From the NCBI GenBank assembly GCA_036499125.1, contig DASYEH010000014.1, positions 187,398-251,397 on the forward strand: a stretch of 64,000 nucleotides of DNA, read 5' to 3'. Of the stretch, positions 61,267 to 64,000 are shown one piece after another. A program made the position numbers and the translations under genes. The number at the start of each line of letters is the position of its first letter. The first letter of the stretch is position 1. The notes beneath the pieces are model-generated. The model was given only the letters and a program-made list of their open reading frames with translations. It searched no databases and was not told where the DNA came from. Source of the stretch: Gemmatimonadales bacterium. GTDB lineage: Bacteria > Gemmatimonadota > Gemmatimonadetes > Gemmatimonadales > GWC2-71-9.

Positions 61267-62708
61267 CTCTTGCTGATCTGGCGCGCGCACTGCGTCGGCA
61301 CGACCTGATCGTGACGGCGCCCCATGACGATGTTCCGTTGACCGGCATTTCGGCGGATTCGCGGACAGTCGCTGCGGGCCAGCTCTTCATCGCCGCGCGA
61401 GGCTCCGCCGTCGACGGCCATCGCTACATCGCAACAGCGCTGGCGGCCGGTGCGGCGGCATTGGTGGTTGAACAGCCAGCCGAGGCGACGGTCCCTGTGG
61501 TCGTGGTACGCGATGGACGCCGCGCGGCCCAGGTGATCGCCGAAACGTGGTTTGACATGCCGGCCCGCGCGCTCGAGCTGGTGGCGGTGACCGGCACTAA
61601 CGGCAAGACCACCACGACGGCCATGATGCGTCACCTGCTCAACGCCGAGCACGACGCCGGCAGCATCGGTACCCTCGGCGCCTTCGACGCCAGCGGGGGC
61701 AGGGTGGAGTCGTCGGCGGGTTCGCTCACGACTCCGGGTGCCATCGACCTGCAGGGGACCTTCCGGCGGCTGGTCGACCGCGGCGTGCGTCACGTGGCGA
61801 TGGAAACGTCGTCTCACGCGCTCGATCAGGGTCGTCTTGACGGGCTCACCTTTGGCGCTGGCATCTTCACCAACATGACGCGCGAGCATCTCGATTACCA
61901 CGGCACGATGGCTGCCTATCTCCAGGCCAAGCTGCGACTCGCCGATCTGGTCGCGCCCGACGGCGTGCTGAGCGTCAACGCCGATGACCCGGCCTGGCTT
62001 CCGCTACAAGGCGATCGGCGCGCACTGTCGTGGGGCTTTGTACCGACCGCTGACGTGCGACTCGCCGACCCGGTCTACCGCAACTCCGGCAGCGAGTTCA
62101 CAGTGCAAAGCCGTTTCGGGTCCCGGCGATTGGCGATTCCCTTTCTCGGCGAGTTCAACATCGCCAACGCGGCCGGCGCCGCCACCGCCGCGCTGGGATT
62201 GGGCCATCCCCTGGCCCAGGTTGCCGAGCGGCTGGCAGACGCACCGCAAGTTCCGGGACGGATGGAACGCCTCGCGGATCAGCCATTCACGATTCTGCGC
62301 GACTACGCTCACACGCCCGATGCCTATGAACGAGTGCTCGATATGCTCCGGCCACTCACGCCAGGACGCCTCTTCATCCTCTTCGGCTGCGGCGGCGATC
62401 GTGATCGTGGCAAGCGACCGATCATGGGCACCATCGCGGCGTCCCGTGCCGACCACGTCTTCCTGACGTCGGACAACCCGCGTACCGAGGACCCCGAACA
62501 GATCATGGACGATGTGGCGGCCGGCATGCCGGCCGGCTCGTACGACCGGATCTTCGATCGCGAAGAGGCGATCGCGCATGCGATCAGGACGGGTCGCCCC
62601 GGCGACACTCTGCTGTTGGCGGGGAAGGGACACGAGACCTACCAGATCGAGGGCAAGGTGTACCGGCACTTCGACGAGCGCGAAATCGTGCAGCGGCTGG
62701 TCCGGTGA
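61263..62708 (+). CDS. murE: UDP-N-acetylmuramoyl-L-alanyl-D-glutamate--2,6-diaminopimelate ligase
   Basis: GTGA overlap with ftsI. VTGTNGKTTTT, METSSHAL, the DNPR motif (TSDNPRTEDP), and LLAGKGHE. Confidence 0.92.
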   Translation: MTLADLARALRRHDLIVTAPHDDVPLTGISADSRTVAAGQLFIAARGSAVDGHRYIATALAAGAAALVVEQPAEATVPVVVVRDGRRAAQVIAETWFDMPARALELVAVTGTNGKTTTTAMMRHLLNAEHDAGSIGTLGAFDASGGRVESSAGSLTTPGAIDLQGTFRRLVDRGVRHVAMETSSHALDQGRLDGLTFGAGIFTNMTREHLDYHGTMAAYLQAKLRLADLVAPDGVLSVNADDPAWLPLQGDRRALSWGFVPTADVRLADPVYRNSGSEFTVQSRFGSRRLAIPFLGEFNIANAAGAATAALGLGHPLAQVAERLADAPQVPGRMERLADQPFTILRDYAHTPDAYERVLDMLRPLTPGRLFILFGCGGDRDRGKRPIMGTIAASRADHVFLTSDNPRTEDPEQIMDDVAAGMPAGSYDRIFDREEAIAHAIRTGRPGDTLLLAGKGHETYQIEGKVYRHFDEREIVQRLVR

Positions 62709-64000
62709 ACGAGCCACGTTTTCCGGATGGCTGGGTGCGAACGGCGTTGCAAGTGGACGGCGCCGGGTCGAGTGGATACGCGGCGATCGTGACTGACACT
62801 CGCTTGGCCGTGTCCGGGTCGCTCTTCGTGGCACTCCGCGGCGAGCGATACGACGGCCACGATTTTCTGGTGACTGCCCGCGATGCCGGCGCCACGGGCG
62901 CCGTGGTGCGCACCGGGACGCCACCGGTTGCCGGGCTGGAGTTCTACGTCGTGGCTGATACGTTGCGGGCGCTTGGTGATCTGGCCGCGGCCCATCGACG
63001 TCGCTTTCACGGCCCGGTGATCGCGATCACGGGACAGAACGGCAAGACGTCGACCAAGGAGATGACCGCGGCCGCTCTCGGCACCCGCTGGCGGGTACAC
63101 AAGACGCGGGCCAATGACAACAACCTCGTCGGTGTGCCCTTGACGATTCTGCAGGCGCCGGCTGATGCTGAAGCGCTCGTCATCGAAGCCGGTGCCAACT
63201 TGCCGGGCGAGATTCCGCGCTATCGCGAAATCGTGCAGCCCGATGTGGCCTTCGTGCTGAATGCCGGGGCTGGCCACCTCGAAGGATTCGGATCGGTCGA
63301 AGGTGTGATTCGCGAAAAACTGTCGCTGGCCGAGCACGTGTCGCTGGCGATCGTCGGCGTGCAGCCGCCGGAACTGGCACCGCGCGCGCGCGCGCTGGCG
63401 CGGCGTGTCATCACGGCTGGGCTCACCGGTGCAGAGGTTGTGCCGGAGGGTGTCACGATGTCGGCGGATGGCCGTCCGATCGTAACGATGGATCGACGCA
63501 CTTTTACGCTCGCTGCACGCGGGCGCCACCAGGCTGGCAACGCGATGTTCGTATGGGCGCTGGCGCGCGAATGTCGCCTCGACCTCGACGCGGTTGCCGT
63601 CGCGCTCGAGCACTTCACGGTCCCTGGTGGCCGCGGCGAACTGGCCCAGCACGGCGAGCTGACAGTCGTCAACGATGGCTACAACGCCAACCCGCAATCG
63701 TTCGCGACGGCAATGGCGTTGGCGACCGACTTGCGCGTGGGCCGCCGGTTGGTCTTCGTCGCAGGGACGATGCGAGAACTCGGCGGCCATTCTGCCGGGT
63801 TGCATGGCGAGGTTGCGGCGGCGTTGCTGGCGCTCAATCCCGAAGTCCTGGCGCTGGTGGGAGATTTCGTGCCGGCGTTCGAGCCGCTGCGGAGCCGCTA
63901 CAATGGCCGACTGATCGAGGCGCCCGACGCCGAATCAATGGGGCCACTCCTCGCTGCCGCGTTGCACGGCGACGAACTGGTGATCCTGAAGGGTTCTCGG
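62705..64000 (+). CDS. murF: UDP-N-acetylmuramoyl-tripeptide--D-alanyl-D-alanine ligase, 3' end outside window
   Basis: Not in the ORF track because no stop lies within the window. My hand translation from GTG 62705 (GTGA overlap with murE) gives VNEPRFPDGW...FVALRGERYDGHDF, ITGQNGKTSTKEM (about 63020-63060) and a final ...DELVILKGSR. The frame stays open through base 64000. Confidence 0.85.
   Translation, partial: MNEPRFPDGWVRTALQVDGAGSSGYAAIVTDTRLAVSGSLFVALRGERYDGHDFLVTARDAGATGAVVRTGTPPVAGLEFYVVADTLRALGDLAAAHRRRFHGPVIAITGQNGKTSTKEMTAAALGTRWRVHKTRANDNNLVGVPLTILQAPADAEALVIEAGANLPGEIPRYREIVQPDVAFVLNAGAGHLEGFGSVEGVIREKLSLAEHVSLAIVGVQPPELAPRARALARRVITAGLTGAEVVPEGVTMSADGRPIVTMDRRTFTLAARGRHQAGNAMFVWALARECRLDLDAVAVALEHFTVPGGRGELAQHGELTVVNDGYNANPQSFATAMALATDLRVGRRLVFVAGTMRELGGHSAGLHGEVAAALLALNPEVLALVGDFVPAFEPLRSRYNGRLIEAPDAESMGPLLAAALHGDELVILKGSR

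Overview
Very GC-rich bacterial chromosomal window. Third codon positions are G/C-dominated, so long Arg/Pro/Ala-rich antisense shadow ORFs are everywhere. I support about 58 protein genes, 3 tRNAs and several repeat or hairpin elements. I saw no rRNA, CRISPR, integrase or transposase. All calls rest on by-eye motif recognition in the supplied translations and DNA; no searches were run.

Layout:
(1) 1-8.6 kb, mixed orientation: thiL 3' end, an ArsR plus two SRPBCC gene operon, eno-ftsB, a tRNA-Met followed by two tandem reiterations of its own 3' end, and three minus-strand secreted or membrane hypotheticals.
(2) From 8.7 kb to the window end every credible gene is on the + strand, and many are joined by ATGA/GTGA/TGATG start-stop overlaps.
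(2a) 8.7-22.3 kb: a Bat-like MoxR-DUF58-VWA operon. It also carries a legumain-like protein whose catalytic Cys is replaced by Ser, a TPR-HExxH protein, and a 1286-aa protein with poly-Gly runs and an in-frame (GGTCAG)n microsatellite.
(2b) 22.5-43.3 kb: housekeeping genes (FliA-type sigma, fahA, pdxH, S9 peptidase, CDF, tilS-hpt-ftsH-folP, DUF2723, yggS-ileS-dksA/traR-lspA-rluD).
(2c) 43.3-55.8 kb: the most unusual part. A tightly coupled string runs cheW-cheY-cheA-cheC, TPR, PATAN/DUF4388, three Roadblock/LC7 proteins, an MglA-like small GTPase, a protein made of two complete DnaA-type AAA+ modules with no DNA-binding domain, PATAN+TPR, TPR, and a membrane-anchored HExxH protein.
(2d) tRNA-Val, a compositionally distinct secreted protein, and tRNA-Asp.
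(2e) The start of the dcw cluster (rsmH-ftsL-ftsI-murE-murF), with murF running off the end.

The taxon cannot be fixed from the sequence. Gene content is compatible with a GC-rich Gram-negative lineage such as Gemmatimonadota (low-confidence inference).
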